The translations under genes and the position numbers were made by a program. DNA of 63,824 nucleotides, counting the filler, from Nemertoderma westbladi (lineage: Eukaryota; Animalia; Xenacoelomorpha): NCBI GenBank assembly GCA_032718475.1. It is 3 parts of 3 records of this genome, joined end to end, with 100 filler letters (N's around TTAATTAATTAA, not from the genome) between each part and the next. Parts side by side here need not be neighbours in the genome. Positions count along the whole stretch, not along the records: positions 1 to 28,749 come from JAUCBJ010002977.1; positions 28,850 to 55,567 come from JAUCBJ010002672.1; 1 more part is not named here. One strand, written 5' to 3'. The notes below the pieces were generated by a model, which saw only the letters and a program-made list of their open reading frames with translations, was not told where the DNA came from and did no database searches. Position 1 is the first letter of the stretch. Each line of letters opens with the position of its first letter. This document shows, in pieces, positions 23,201 to 36,119 of this stretch.

Positions 23201-26200
23201 TGGTATATTTGCTGTACTATAGGATAAACCGTAGCAAGTTTGGTATATTTGCTGTACTATAGGATAAACCGTAGCAAGTTTGGTATATTTGCTGTACTAT
23301 AGGATAAACCGTAGCAAGTTTGGTATATTTGCTGTACTATAGGATAAACCGTAGCAAGTTTGGTATATTTGCTGTACTATAGGATAAACCGTAGCAAGTT
23401 AGGTATATTTGCTGTACTATAGGATAAACCGTAGCAAGTTTGGTATATTTGCTGTACTATAGGATAAACCGTAGCAAGTTTGGTATATTTGCTGTACTAT
23501 AGGATAAACCGTAGCAAGTTTGGTATATTTGCTGTACTATAGGATAAACCGTAGCAAGTTTGGTATATTTGCTGTACTATAGGATAAACCGTAGCAAGTT
23601 TGGTATATTTGCTGTACTATAGGATAAACCGTAGCAAGTTTGGTATATTTGCTGTACTATAGGATAAACCGTAGCAAGTTTGGTATATTTGCTGTACTAT
23701 AGGATAAACCGTAGCAAGTTTGGTATATTTGCTGTACTATAGGATAAACCGTAGCAAGTTTGGTATATTTGCTGTACTATAGGATAAACCGTAGCAAGTT
23801 TGGTATATTTGCTGTACTATAGGATAAACCGTAGCAAGTTTGGTATATTTGCTGTACTATAGGATAAACCGTAGCAAGTTTGGTATATTTGCTGTACTAT
23901 AGGATAAACCGTAGCAAGTTTGGTATATTTGCTGTACTATAGGATAAACCGTAGCAAGTTTGGTATATTTGCTGTACTATAGGATAAACCGTAGCAAGTT
24001 TGGTATATTTGCTGTACTATAGGATAAACCGTAGCAAGTTTGGTATATTTGCTGTACTATAGGATAAACCGTAGCAAGTTTGGTATATTTGCTGTACTAT
24101 AGGATAAACCGTAGCAAGTTTGGTATATTTGCTGTACTATAGGATAAACCGTAGCAAGTTTGGTATATTTGCTGTACTATAGGATAAACCGTAGCAAGTT
24201 TGGTATATTTGCTGTACTATAGGATAAACCGTAGCAAGTTTGGTATATTTGCTGTACTATAGGATAAACCGTAGCAAGTTTGGTATATTTGCTGTACTAT
24301 AGGATAAACCGTAGCAAGTTTGGTATATTTGCTGTACTATAGGATAAACCGTAGCAAGTTTGGTATATTTGCTGTACTATAGGATAAACCGTAGCAAGTT
24401 TGGTATATTTGCTGTACTATAGGATAAACCGTAGCAAGTTTGGTATATTTGCTGTACTATAGGATAAACCGTAGCAAGTTTGGTATATTTGCTGTACTAT
24501 AGGATAAACCGTAGCAAGTTTGGTATATTTGCTGTACTATAGGATAAACCGTAGCAAGTTTGGTATATTTGCTGTACTATAGGATAAACCGTAGCAAGTT
24601 TGGTATATTTGCTGTACTATAGGATAAACCGTAGCAAGTTTGGTATATTTGCTGTACTATAGGATAAACCGTAGCAAGTTTGGTATATTTGCTGTACTAT
24701 AGGATAAACCGTAGCAAGTTTGGTATATTTGCTGTACTATAGGATAAACCGTAGCAAGTTTGGTATATTTGCTGTACTATAGGATAAACCGTAGCAAGTT
24801 TGGTATATTTGCTGTACTATAGGATAAACCGTAGCAAGTTTGGTATATTTGCTGTACTATAGGATAAACCGTAGCAAGTTTGGTATATTTGCTGTACTAT
24901 AGGATAAACCGTAGCAAGTTTGGTATATTTGCTGTACTATAGGATAAACCGTAGCAAGTTTGGTATATTTGCTGTACTATAGGATAAACCGTAGCAAGTT
25001 TGGTATATTTGCTGTACTATAGGATAAACCGTAGCAAGTTTGGTATATTTGCTGTACTATAGGATAAACCGTAGCAAGTTTGGTATATTTGCTGTACTAT
25101 AGGATAAACCGTAGCAAGTTTGGTATATTTGCTGTACTATAGGATAAACCGTAGCAAGTTTGGTATATTTGCTGTACTATAGGATAAACCGTAGCAAGTT
25201 TGGTATATTTGCTGTACTATAGGATAAACCGTAGCAAGTTTGGTATATTTGCTGTACTATAGGATAAACCGTAGCAAGTTTGGTATATTTGCTGTACTAT
25301 AGGATAAACCGTAGCAAGTTTGGTATATTTGCTGTACTATAGGATAAACCGTAGCAAGTTTGGTATATTTGCTGTACTATAGGATAAACCGTAGCAAGTT
25401 TGGTATATTTGCTGTACTATAGGATAAACCGTAGCAAGTTTGGTATATTTGCTGTACTATAGGATAAACCGTAGCAAGTTTGGTATATTTGCTGTACTAT
25501 AGGATAAACCGTAGCAAGTTTGGTATATTTGCTGTACTATAGGATAAACCGTAGCAAGTTTGGTATATTTGCTGTACTATAGGATAAACCGTAGCAAGTT
25601 TGGTATATTTGCTGTACTATAGGATAAACCGTAGCAAGTTTGGTATATTTGCTGTACTATAGGATAAACCGTAGCAAGTTTGGTATATTTGCTGTACTAT
25701 AGGATAAACCGTAGCAAGTTTGGTATATTTGCTGTACTATAGGATAAACCGTAGCAAGTTTGGTATATTTGCTGTACTATAGGATAAACCGTAGCAAGTT
25801 TGGTATATTTGCTGTACTATAGGATAAACCGTAGCAAGTTTGGTATATTTGCTGTACTATAGGATAAACCGTAGCAAGTTTGGTATATTTGCTGTACTAT
25901 AGGATAAACCGTAGCAAGTTTGGTATATTTGCTGTACTATAGGATAAACCGTAGCAAGTTTGGTATATTTGCTGTACTATAGGATAAACCGTAGCAAGTT
26001 TGGTATATTTGCTGTACTATAGGATAAACCGTAGCAAGTTTGGTATATTTGCTGTACTATAGGATAAACCGTAGCAAGTTTGGTATATTTGCTGTACTAT
26101 AGGATAAACCGTAGCAAGTTTGGTATATTTGCTGTACTATAGGATAAACCGTAGCAAGTTTGGTATATTTGCTGTACTATAGGATAAACCGTAGCAAGTT

Positions 26201-28232
26201 TGGTATATTTGCTGTACTATAGGATAAACCGTAGCAAGTTTGGTATATTTGCTGTACTATAGGATAAACCGTAGCAAGTTTGGTATATTTGCTGTACTAT
26301 AGGATAAACCGTAGCAAGTTTGGTATATTTGCTGTACTATAGGATAAACCGTAGCAAGTTTGGTATATTTGCTGTACTATAGGATAAACCGTAGCAAGTT
26401 TGGTATATTTGCTGTACTATAGGATAAACCGTAGCAAGTTTGGTATATTTGCTGTACTATAGGATAAACCGTAGCAAGTTTGGTATATTTGCTGTACTAT
26501 AGGATAAACCGTAGCAAGTTTGGTATATTTGCTGTACTATAGGATAAACCGTAGCAAGTTTGGTATATTTGCTGTACTATAGGATAAACCGTAGCAAGTT
26601 TGGTATATTTGCTGTACTATAGGATAAACCGTAGCAAGTTTGGTATATTTGCTGTACTATAGGATAAACCGTAGCAAGTTTGGTATATTTGCTGTACTAT
26701 AGGATAAACCGTAGCAAGTTTGGTATATTTGCTGTACCATAGGATAAACCGTAGCAAGTTTGGTATATTTGCTGTACTATAGGATAAACCGTAGCAAGTT
26801 TGGTATATTTGCTGTACTATAGGATAAACCGTAGCAAGTTTGGTATATTTGCTGTACTATAGGATAAACCGTAGCAAGTTTGGTATATTTGCTGTACTAT
26901 AGGATAAACCGTAGCAAGTTTGGTATATTTGCTGTACTATAGGATAAACCGTAGCAAGTTTGGTATATTTGCTGTACTATAGGATAAACCGTAGCAAGTT
27001 TGGTATATTTGCTGTACTATAGGATAAACCGTAGCAAGTTTGGTATATTTGCTGTACTATAGGATAAACCGTAGCAAGTTTGGTATATTTGCTGTACTAT
27101 AGGATAAACCGTAGCAAGTTTGGTATATTTGCTGTACTCATAGGATAAACCGTAGCAAGTTTGGTATATTTGCTGTACTATAGGATAAACCGTAGCAAGT
27201 TTGGTATATTTGCTGTACTATAGGATAAACCGTAGCAAGTTTGGTATATTTGCTGTACTCATAGGATAAACCGTAGCAAGTTTGGTATATTTGCTGTACT
27301 ATAGGATAAACCGTAGCAAGTTTGGTATATTTGCTGTACTATAGGATAAACCGTAGCAAGTTTGGTATATTTGCTGTACCATAGGATAAACCGTAGCAAG
27401 TTTGGTATATTTGCTGTACTATAGGATAAACCGTAGCAAGTTTGGTATATTTGCTGTACTATAGGATAAACCGTAGCAAGTTTGGTATATTTGCTGTACT
27501 ATAGGATAAACCGTAGCAAGTTTGGTATATTTGCTGTACTATAGGATAAACCGTAGCAAGTTTGGTATATTTGCTGTACTATAGGATAAACCGTAGCAAG
27601 TTTGGTATATTTGCTGTACTATAGGATAAACCGTAGCAAGTTTGGTATATTTGCTGTACTATAGGATAAACCGTAGCAAGTTTGGTATATTTGCTGTACT
27701 ATAGGATAAACCGTAGCAAGTTTGGTATATTTGCTGTACTATAGGATAAACCGTAGCAAGTTTGGTATATTTGCTGTACTATAGGATAAACCGTAGCAAG
27801 TTTGGTATATTTGCTGTACTATAGGATAAACCGTAGCAAGTTTGGTATATTTGCTGTACTATAGGATAAACCGTAGCAAGTTTGGTATATTTGCTGTACT
27901 ATAGGATAAACCGTAGCAAGTTTGGTATATTTGCTGTACTATAGGATAAACCGTAGCAAGTTTGGTATATTTGCTGTACTATAGGATAAACCGTAGCAAG
28001 TTTGGTATATTTGCTGTACCATAGGATAAACCGTAGCAAGTTTGGTATATTTGCTGTACTATAGGATAAACCGTAGCAAGTTTGGTATATTTGCTGTACT
28101 ATAGGATAAACCGTAGCAAGTTTGGTATATTTGCTGTACCATAGGATAAACCGTAGCAAGTTTGGTATATTTGCTGTACCATAGGATAAACCGTAGCAAG
28201 TTTGGTATATTTGCTGTACTATAGGATAAACA
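20294..28232. repeat. 40-bp tandem satellite (~198 units)
   Basis: Unit TGTACTATAGGATAAACCGTAGCAAGTTTGGTATATTTGC; three units per 120 bp; nearly invariant. Confidence 0.99.
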
Positions 28233-28749
28233 ATAAATTCTACTAATATACTGCAACATATATTATCTAGAATCCCGTAACAGAGCAATTTCTAAGAAAA
28301 GAGTATAATTTTAGGAAAAAAAAACATTTATAGAACATTTTTAAAATTATACGATTATAATTTTACCTAGTTTCCGTAGCAATATGCGAAAATTAACAAT
28401 AAACATTAATACATAAGGGTACTGAAACATGATTTCATTCATTCATTCTTTAATTTCTAGAACTTCATGAAACTTACTAATTATACTAGTAAGTTTACTA
28501 GTTTACTAGTATACAGTAAACTAGTTATGCTCTTACAGGAAATGCGTGATTAATTCAAACTCACAAATGTTTTAATTAATAAGTAAACCTAACTTAGGTT
28601 TATTTATGAAAAAATCATATAACACTACACCATTTTTTCATACACTATTTTTAGGGGGTCGGACCCCCCCCCCCCCCCCCCCAATTTTTTTCAAATTTCA
28701 ATAAAATGCTACGAAATTCGGTATGATGATAGATCGACACCTTTTCTTA

Positions 28750-28849
28750 NNNNNNNNNNNNNNNNNNNNNNNNNNNNNNNNNNNNNNNNNNNNTTAATTA
28801 ATTAANNNNNNNNNNNNNNNNNNNNNNNNNNNNNNNNNNNNNNNNNNNN
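28750..28849. other. assembly gap with artificial TTAATTAATTAA linker
   Basis: 100-bp N block with a six-frame-stop 12-mer at 28794-28805; the same construct recurs at 55568-55667. Confidence 0.97.
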
Positions 28850-28851
28850 TA

Positions 28852-30594
28852 ATCGTCAAAAAAACAGATAAAAGCGGTGGTTTCGCAGTTATGGGACGCG
28901 GCAGTTATATCGACAGGATGGAGAGGGACATTCTCTCGGATTCCCATTCCTATGCACCATTGCCGAGGGACCCTAACCCTAACGCTACGACGACCATCAA
29001 CGCTGGAGTTTCCTGCGTTTTAGGGCGGAGCGACCAAGATTATCTACGTAGAGCGTTAAGGAGCACCCACCCACGTGTACCGGAACTTTACGGCAATCCT
29101 AAGACCCACAAGCCCGGTGAACCCATGCGTCCAATCTCTTCTGGATCTGGATCAGCGGCGGAAAAGCCAGGATGGTTGGTCAGTAGAGTTCTGGGGCAAG
29201 CAGTACGCCATGTTCCAGAACGTCTAGTTAACACGAAGGATTTCATTGAACGAGTTAAACTGATAGACCCATTGGAACCGGGGGACATTATTTTCAGTCT
29301 GGATATAGTGTCTATGTACACCAATATTCCCGTACAAGAGGGAATTGACCTAGTTTCGGACTTTGTTAATAAACATAGACACAATATCAATATGTTCGGT
29401 ATGGAGATGCCTGAGTTTTATGGACTTCTTAAAATTAGCCTAGAATTCACTTTTTTCCGGTTCAACGGTAAATTTTACCAACAGAAGGATGGGATGGGAA
29501 TGGGTGTGCGTTTAGCCGCGCATTTCGCGGTAATATTTATTCATGTTAAGGAATCCGAATTTTTAAATAATTATAGCTTATCGGTTGCATGTTGGTTTCG
29601 ATTCTATGATGATGGGTGGGCCGTCTGGCAACATGGGGAAGAGGAACTTAGTAAGTTTCTCGATTACCTCAATGGCTGCCACCCGACCCTTAAGTACACT
29701 ATGGAACAATCTTACACCAGTATCCCTTTTTTAGACGTAACCACAACAATTAATAACACAGGACAAATCAATTTCGAACTCTATATCAAACCATCCAATA
29801 AAGGTATATTTCTCAACTTTTTTAGCTGCCACCCCCGTAACATAATAACCAATACTGCTAGGTCTGCCATCAAGCGAGCCATACGCAACAGCAACACGTT
29901 GGAAGGACGTGAGCGTAGCCTTGACAAAATTAAAACAATTCTCACGGACAATGACTACCCTGTTTCAATGATCCACAAATTAATACATAACGAACTCAGT
30001 GGAGCACCCCCGCACCCCACACGCATGAACACCCCACGAAATGGTTCCCCAGTACCTCTAGTATTACCTTTTATCAACGAGGGTTTACGTAGAAAGGTGC
30101 AACGCATAGTTAGTACGTCTAACCTCAGAGGAGACATAAGAGTAGTACACACCCCAGGTCCCAAATTAAAGAAACAGCTGGTCAGAGCCAGTCTCACAGG
30201 CGCCACTTGCCCAGCACCAACTAACACAGAATGTTACACATGCATCACCTGCGGGGTGAAACCCTGTACTGTACGCAACGTAATCTACGAAATAACCTGC
30301 ACTTTGTGCCTTCAGCGGGTAGAGAATTACATAGGGGAGACGTCCGGGCGCCTCAGGAACAGAATGATGCAGCATCGCAGCTGCATTCGCTGCAGAAATC
30401 GCAAGGAAGCCATTGGTGAGCATTTTCTCGACGTACACCCTGGACAACATAGTATCGCACAGCCATTCACAATTCGTATAGTTCGCACATGCAAAGACTG
30501 GGCAGATAGGAAAATAAGTGAGAAACATTTCATCCAGCAATTACACCCCACACTCAATACACAGTACGTGCAACCACATAACACTGGCTGGTAG
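28852..30594 (+). CDS. Penelope-like element polyprotein, 5'-partial: RT + Cys-rich linker + GIY-YIG endonuclease
   Basis: Open from the gap (IVKKTDKSGGFAVM). RT motifs: LYGNPKTHK..MRPISS, SLDIVSMYTNIP, QKDGMGMG, FRFYDD, IPFLDV, YIKP..SCHP. Endonuclease: C..NVIYEITCTLC...YIGET..LRNRM.QH...E..FI....PTLN. No stops in 580 codons. Confidence 0.95.
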   Translation: MVKKTDKSGGFAVMGRGSYIDRMERDILSDSHSYAPLPRDPNPNATTTINAGVSCVLGRSDQDYLRRALRSTHPRVPELYGNPKTHKPGEPMRPISSGSGSAAEKPGWLVSRVLGQAVRHVPERLVNTKDFIERVKLIDPLEPGDIIFSLDIVSMYTNIPVQEGIDLVSDFVNKHRHNINMFGMEMPEFYGLLKISLEFTFFRFNGKFYQQKDGMGMGVRLAAHFAVIFIHVKESEFLNNYSLSVACWFRFYDDGWAVWQHGEEELSKFLDYLNGCHPTLKYTMEQSYTSIPFLDVTTTINNTGQINFELYIKPSNKGIFLNFFSCHPRNIITNTARSAIKRAIRNSNTLEGRERSLDKIKTILTDNDYPVSMIHKLIHNELSGAPPHPTRMNTPRNGSPVPLVLPFINEGLRRKVQRIVSTSNLRGDIRVVHTPGPKLKKQLVRASLTGATCPAPTNTECYTCITCGVKPCTVRNVIYEITCTLCLQRVENYIGETSGRLRNRMMQHRSCIRCRNRKEAIGEHFLDVHPGQHSIAQPFTIRIVRTCKDWADRKISEKHFIQQLHPTLNTQYVQPHNTGW

Positions 30595-30871
30595 GTAGTG
30601 CCGGTAAATATAACACTTTTCTGATTTGCACGTAATTTAATAATTTTTTCGGACGCAAAATTTGTAATATTTAAATTTCTTCGGCTCCAAATTACATTAT
30701 ATCCCGTTTTGTCATACTGTATGTTTGCGTTATACTGTAGTTCAGTGCTCTTCGTTCATTATACATACAGTTGTAGTGGTGCAGTCAGACAGTAGCAGTA
30801 GTATTGTAGTAAGTAGTACCGGTAGCTGGTTGACAGTAGTCTAGTTTTTACATTTGTGAGTAATCTCCGTA

Positions 30872-30944
30872 TGCCCTGATGAAGGCCTATATTTATATTA
30901 TTGTTTGTTTTGCAATCTATAATATAGTGGCTGAAATATTGGCA
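30872..30944 (+). ncRNA. candidate minimal type I hammerhead ribozyme in the PLE 3' pseudo-LTR
   Basis: Stem I TGCC/GGCA; CTGATGA core at 30876-82; stem II GGCC/GGCT extended by CTATATT/AATATAG; GAAA at 30933-36; minimal stem III within palindromic AATATT. Confidence 0.75.
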
Positions 30945-30989
30945 ACTAAATTTTCTCTCGGTCATTCGATAATAGATCAGTCTCAACCT

Positions 30990-32581
30990 CCCCCATTGGC
31001 ATATGGGTTTACATTCAAGGAGCTTTTTTTGGAGGTGTCAGATCATGATCTTGACCATGATCAGCAAAGATCAGTTTTGATCAGCAATCGGACACTCAAG
31101 GCTTGCTCCAATCGAAAAACTTAACATTACAAAAAGATTCAGCGACCCCACATTAGTCATGATTCCCGTTAAAAGATTTTAAAAAAAGTGAATTCTTCCC
31201 GGTCAAAACGCAAGATCATAATCGCGCAAAGATTGGACTTCGTAAAATCGTAACTAAGCATTTTTGATATAAACAATTACTGTAGGAAACGTTCAGAACA
31301 CCGCCCTGAGTCGATTAAAAAAAAATTGGCTCGATCGGACAACTGGTTCTCGAGATCTGATACCTGATCATTAAAGATCAGATTTTTTAGTTTTTTTGGA
31401 TGTTCTCGAAAACTTTGTTTGAGACCCCCGATTTTTTTTTTACGAATCGACTTCTATGGTGAAGGGGCAACTTTTGAGTATTTCGAAATTTTCAAAAAAC
31501 GATTTGATCAGGCCGCGATCAGAAAAGATCGTGTTTTTGGTTTTATTTCAAAGACCAAGTCCTGGGAGTTCACCGTATGGAAAAACTTAACATCACAAAA
31601 AGATTCCTCACCATCGAATTATGGGGGGTAGCCAAAATTTGGGCATAAAAAAGTTCAAGTCTAGTGGGTCAAAACTCAAGATCATGATCGCGAAAAGATC
31701 AGTATATTTAAAATCGAATCTAAGCATTTTTCTAATAAACATTCATTGTAAGAAATGTTCAATGGTCTATTCTGAGTTGATTAAAAAAAAAATTGGCTCG
31801 ATCGGACAACCGGTTCTCGAGATCTGATACCTGATCATAAAAGATCGTGTTTTTCGTTTTTTCCCGATTTTCTCGAAAACTTTGTTTGAGACCCCCGATT
31901 TTTTTTTTACTAATCGACTTCTATTAAGAAGGGGCAACTTTTAAGCATTTCGAAATTTTTAAAAAGCGATTTGATCAGCCATGATCACGAAAGATCATGT
32001 TTTCGGTTTTATTTCGAAGACCAAGTCCTGTGAGTTCACCGTATGAAAAAACTTAACATTACAAAAAGATTCCTCACCCTCGAATTAGGGGGGGTAGCCA
32101 AAATTTGACCATAAAAAAGTTCAATTCTAGGGGGTCAAAAGATCATGATCGCGAAATGATCATTTTTTTCGAAATTACTTCTGAGCATTTTGGGGCAAAA
32201 CTTTCAAACTAAAAAACATTCAATGGAGTGTTCTAAGTAGATTAAAAAAAATTTCGACTCAATAGGCCTACCGGTACCGGAGATATAGTCGTCCAAAGTC
32301 TGCTTCCGGTAATTCGAAAATATTTCGAAAACGCTTGATCGAATTTTTTCCTTGAAAATATGTGAATGTACAGTTAGTGGACCCGCATTTAACGATATAT
32401 CACAATCCATATTTCGGATGACAGGTACCGGTGAAATCAGACTTTACCGAAAAAAATTCAAATTTTAGCTACTCATGTCTGACTATCTCGAAAACTATAA
32501 TAGGTATGGAAATACTTTCACTGCAAGAAATGTTCACCTATCCAATGCGCTTCTAACTCTGTGCTCGGATTTTGCATAGTG
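30990..32581. mobile_element. internally repetitive DNA-transposon remnant ending in a Transib/CACTA-like terminus
   Basis: About 2.5 GATC-rich direct repeats of ~467 bp (e.g. 31354 vs 31821). Right end reads CACTATGC on the minus strand. Left TIR not found. Confidence 0.5.
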
Positions 32582-33419
32582 TCAAAACCTACAACTTAAC
32601 CCCCCAGCGGAGGGAACGGAGTGACCGGAGCGCCAGTACTATCTTTCATTATTATGAAGTAATAAGGGCGGTGGGTGGGGTAGGTGGTGAACACTATTTA
32701 TAGGGTGGAGGGAGGGTCTAGTATATTACTTTAGGATATTTGATTTCTTTGCAATATAGTTTAGCTGCCTCAGTCTTATTTGTAATAAGTTATACATTAT
32801 ACCAAATTATATCAAGTTTTAATATCTACATTGTCTACCTGTAGGAGAAATATACAATGTAGGGCTCATAATATATTTATAAATAGATTTAGTATATTTA
32901 CATTGTATAACAGAGTTAATTAATACTATTACGGTATTATACTAAAGACACCGCTTTGATATATCTGATCAAATGGCAATTTGTGGTAAATTATTTATTT
33001 CACTATCTTGGGTATATCATTCAATTTCTAAAACTATAATAATAAACATTTACTTCACTTCTTGTTTACTCGCATGGATATATTGATATAAAACACTTCA
33101 GCATAATATCTTATAGGGCCAAACGCAGATTAATCGGAATAATATGTTTAATTATTATTACAATTGGTACATTGAAGTAAGTAGTACATGAGTTTGATAA
33201 AATAATTATGAATCTGTATCTCATTCTACTTTGTCTATATGATTATGTTATATAATAATGTTACTTTATCACTTTGGTTTAAACCGATCTCCTTTACTAT
33301 TACTTACTACTTATATACTACTACTACTACTACTATTACTACTACTACTACTCACTACTACAGAGTTATATATTATAAGAGGAGGGGGTTCGTGATTATT
33401 AGTTATTATACAAGTGCCC

Positions 33420-35215
33420 CTCGGCTATAGAGAGTCCACCCTCGGTTGCTTACTGGATTTTGGTGGGTAGAGAGCGCAAGGCGACCGGAGATGTTTGAGG
33501 TCGTTGAAGTGGCGGGGCCTAGTGACACTATCACCCCTCTGAAGAATGGCGCCATGAGTATCTGTCACAGTGTATGGAATTTCCTAATAAAAAGCTCGAA
33601 TTTTCGGCTCCTGCCACGATTGTACGTAAGCACTCGATCACCCGGCCATATTTCTGGAGGCTTGGATGCTCGAGACATATTGGTTTGCTCTTCCCGCTTT
33701 CGTTTCTATAGGATAACGTGGTGTCTTGAAGAGGATATTTTGCCTTGTCCTCCAGTGGTTTGCTGGGAAATTCAGTCGTAATAACCACCACCCAGCAGAA
33801 AGTACCCTGGTGGGACACTACTGTAGTGCTTGGGTGAGGTGTATATACTATACAGAGCTATAGCTCTGTATCCTGACACCAATTCATCTATTGCTGCTTG
33901 GTAGTCTTGGTTGCCATGGTGCGCTATTATAAGTGCTTTTCCTAGTGGCTTAATGAAGGTCTCCGCTGGGTTTGCCTGAGGGTGATACTCATAAACTTTA
34001 TGATGTTTTATGCTCCGAAAATTTAGTAAACTCTGCTGAATTAAATGAAGGCCCAATGTCCGTTAGGGTGGTGCTTTATTTACTTTTTTTCGATTTCATT
34101 GTTCTACCGGTGCACAAAAGTTGCCAAATGATAAAAAAATAAGGCAAAAAAAATTTCATTAAATTTCGTCTATATCTTCACGGAAGCAAGCCAAAAAAAT
34201 CACTGCAACAAAATTGATTTAGTGCGCAGACACCTTCAAAATTAAAGAAGTAGTGATTAGTTGACTATAGTTTTTGTACAAAATGTGTGGAATGGGTCAA
34301 CTCAATATCAAGTATTAATTGGTGGATATAGTCTTGACATTTTGTAAAATAACTCAAGAACTAATGACTCTACTCTTATTTTAAAGGTGTCTACACCCAC
34401 TACATCGATCATTTCTGTGATGTGTCTATTCTTGGTTCCTTGAGATAATTCAAAATAAATTTTTTTGAGGATTTGACCATATCGCATCAAGGCGGTAATG
34501 AAGACTTGTGCCGGACTTCACATTTTCTGCAATATCTCAAGAACTATTCGCTCTACGTTTGTTTTGAAGTTGTCTACCCCCACTAAATCGGACATTGCGG
34601 TTCTAATGAGGATAATATTAATGGAGTATGAGTATGATAATTCAAAGTTGGCCATCGCGAAAATTTAGAAATATCATCACTTTGTGCCAAATGGTACAGT
34701 AGGTTCTGTCCATGTGCCTGTGGCACTAGTTCCCTTGATCCAAAAATTAAAATTTTGGTATCTAACTAAGTTTGGACCCATTTCATAACATTTGATGCTT
34801 TAAGGAAGTTCTTTCTTGCATCATTGATCTTTCATCCATGTGTTATATTGTTATAAATTTAATTGTGGTGCATCGCGATGGCTCAAAATTTCAACCGCCT
34901 TGGGATCCGTCAAGATATCGATGAAATTTAGAGAAATTTTTTTTGCCTTAATTTTTTACCATTTGGCAACTTTTCCGCACCGGTAGAACAACGAAATCTA
35001 AAAAAAGTAAAAAACGCACCGCCCTAATGTCCGTGCGGTTAGCTTCTGGGTTCCCATATGAATGGTACTGTAGATGTTGTCAATGGGTGAGATAAGACTG
35101 GCACCGCACTTGGTGACTTGACCACTTTGGCTGCGGGGAAGCGTGAAAGGCCATCTTGTACAACCAATACATGTTGGTTATTAGGGAGGGCCCAAATAGG
35201 CCCACCCGGTTGACA
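33420..35215 (-). mobile_element. degenerate Gypsy-type integrase region split by a MITE
   Basis: HVLVVQDGLSRFP; RTDIGPSFNSAEFTKF (restored once the MITE is removed); YHPQANPAETFIK; YRA..VPP. Confidence 0.85.
34044..35026. mobile_element. hAT-type MITE with 8-bp TSD
   Basis: TAGGG...CCCTA termini with ~95-bp imperfect TIRs; perfect TSD ATGTCCGT at 34036-43 and 35027-34. Confidence 0.93.
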
Positions 35216-36119
35216 AAATTTGCCTATTTTGTTAAATACTTTTTGGAAAAACTTAGCGGGCATTTGAACCGAAATTAGCTAATTTTGCTAAAATTAGCAA
35301 GTTACATAATTTGACAATATTAGAAAGCAATGCTAAATGTAGTTATCCCAAGTTACTTGTTAATTACTTGGGAAAATTTATTCAGACTTACAAATATTTT
35401 GAAAGTTACTTTAACTGGTCTATCTTGGACTCCTGCACCGAATCGGCATTCGATTCTGAAAATGTATGAAACTTAAAAAAAATCCCTTAGTAACCATTGC
35501 GCTGTTGGGAGGGGGGACAATGTTACCTTTTTACCTTACTTTACCCACTTTATTATTATTATTAATAGTAAAATTTTTACAAAAGTAAAATTTTTACAAT
35601 AGTAAAATTAAGTTCACATGTAGTTTATTAGCCTCCGGTAATAATTAGTCATAACTGGTAGATTAGCAACGGGACTGGATCCATACGGTAACTGGTCGAT
35701 TTGCAGTTGGTTGAGGGCGGGGAAGTGGGGTCTGGGAATAGTCTCGAATGCAAGGCGAGGTAGTGCGGCTCCATCCGTTACACCTGAGCAATGTTTCAAT
35801 GTTACCTTCCCCGTAGTTTGTTTGCTTATTTTGGTCACATTTTGAAAATCAATGCATTAGATGAATTGATTGTGACATCTTGTTTGTCGCGTTATACGGA
35901 TTTATGGGGGTTCTGAATTCAATGGAATAAAGAAAAATGACACAATATCATTTATATCAATATTGAAACGTTTCTAGAGTGAGTATTTTAGGAGAAACTA
36001 TCTTCCCAATAGCACGAATACCGGTAGATGGATGAACTACACATGAATTTTGTAACAATTTATTTTAACGAAAGAAACGTTTTATTAAAATCGAAGCTTT
36101 ACTACTATTTCCAGATACA

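Noticed and set aside
27899-28288. ORFs at the end of the 40-bp satellite
   Set aside because: They arise only where the T/C variant removes a stop codon.
28794-28805. TTAATTAATTAA inside N runs (also 55612-55623)
   Set aside because: Artificial six-frame-stop linker; adjacency across the gaps should not be interpreted.
30595-30870. SECIS element for a selenoprotein-type PLE
   Set aside because: No in-frame TGA in the visible ORF and no convincing ATGA/AA/GA hairpin by eye.
35614-35838. GC-elevated minus-strand ORF as a possible exon
   Set aside because: No recognisable motif and no convincing splice-site pair.
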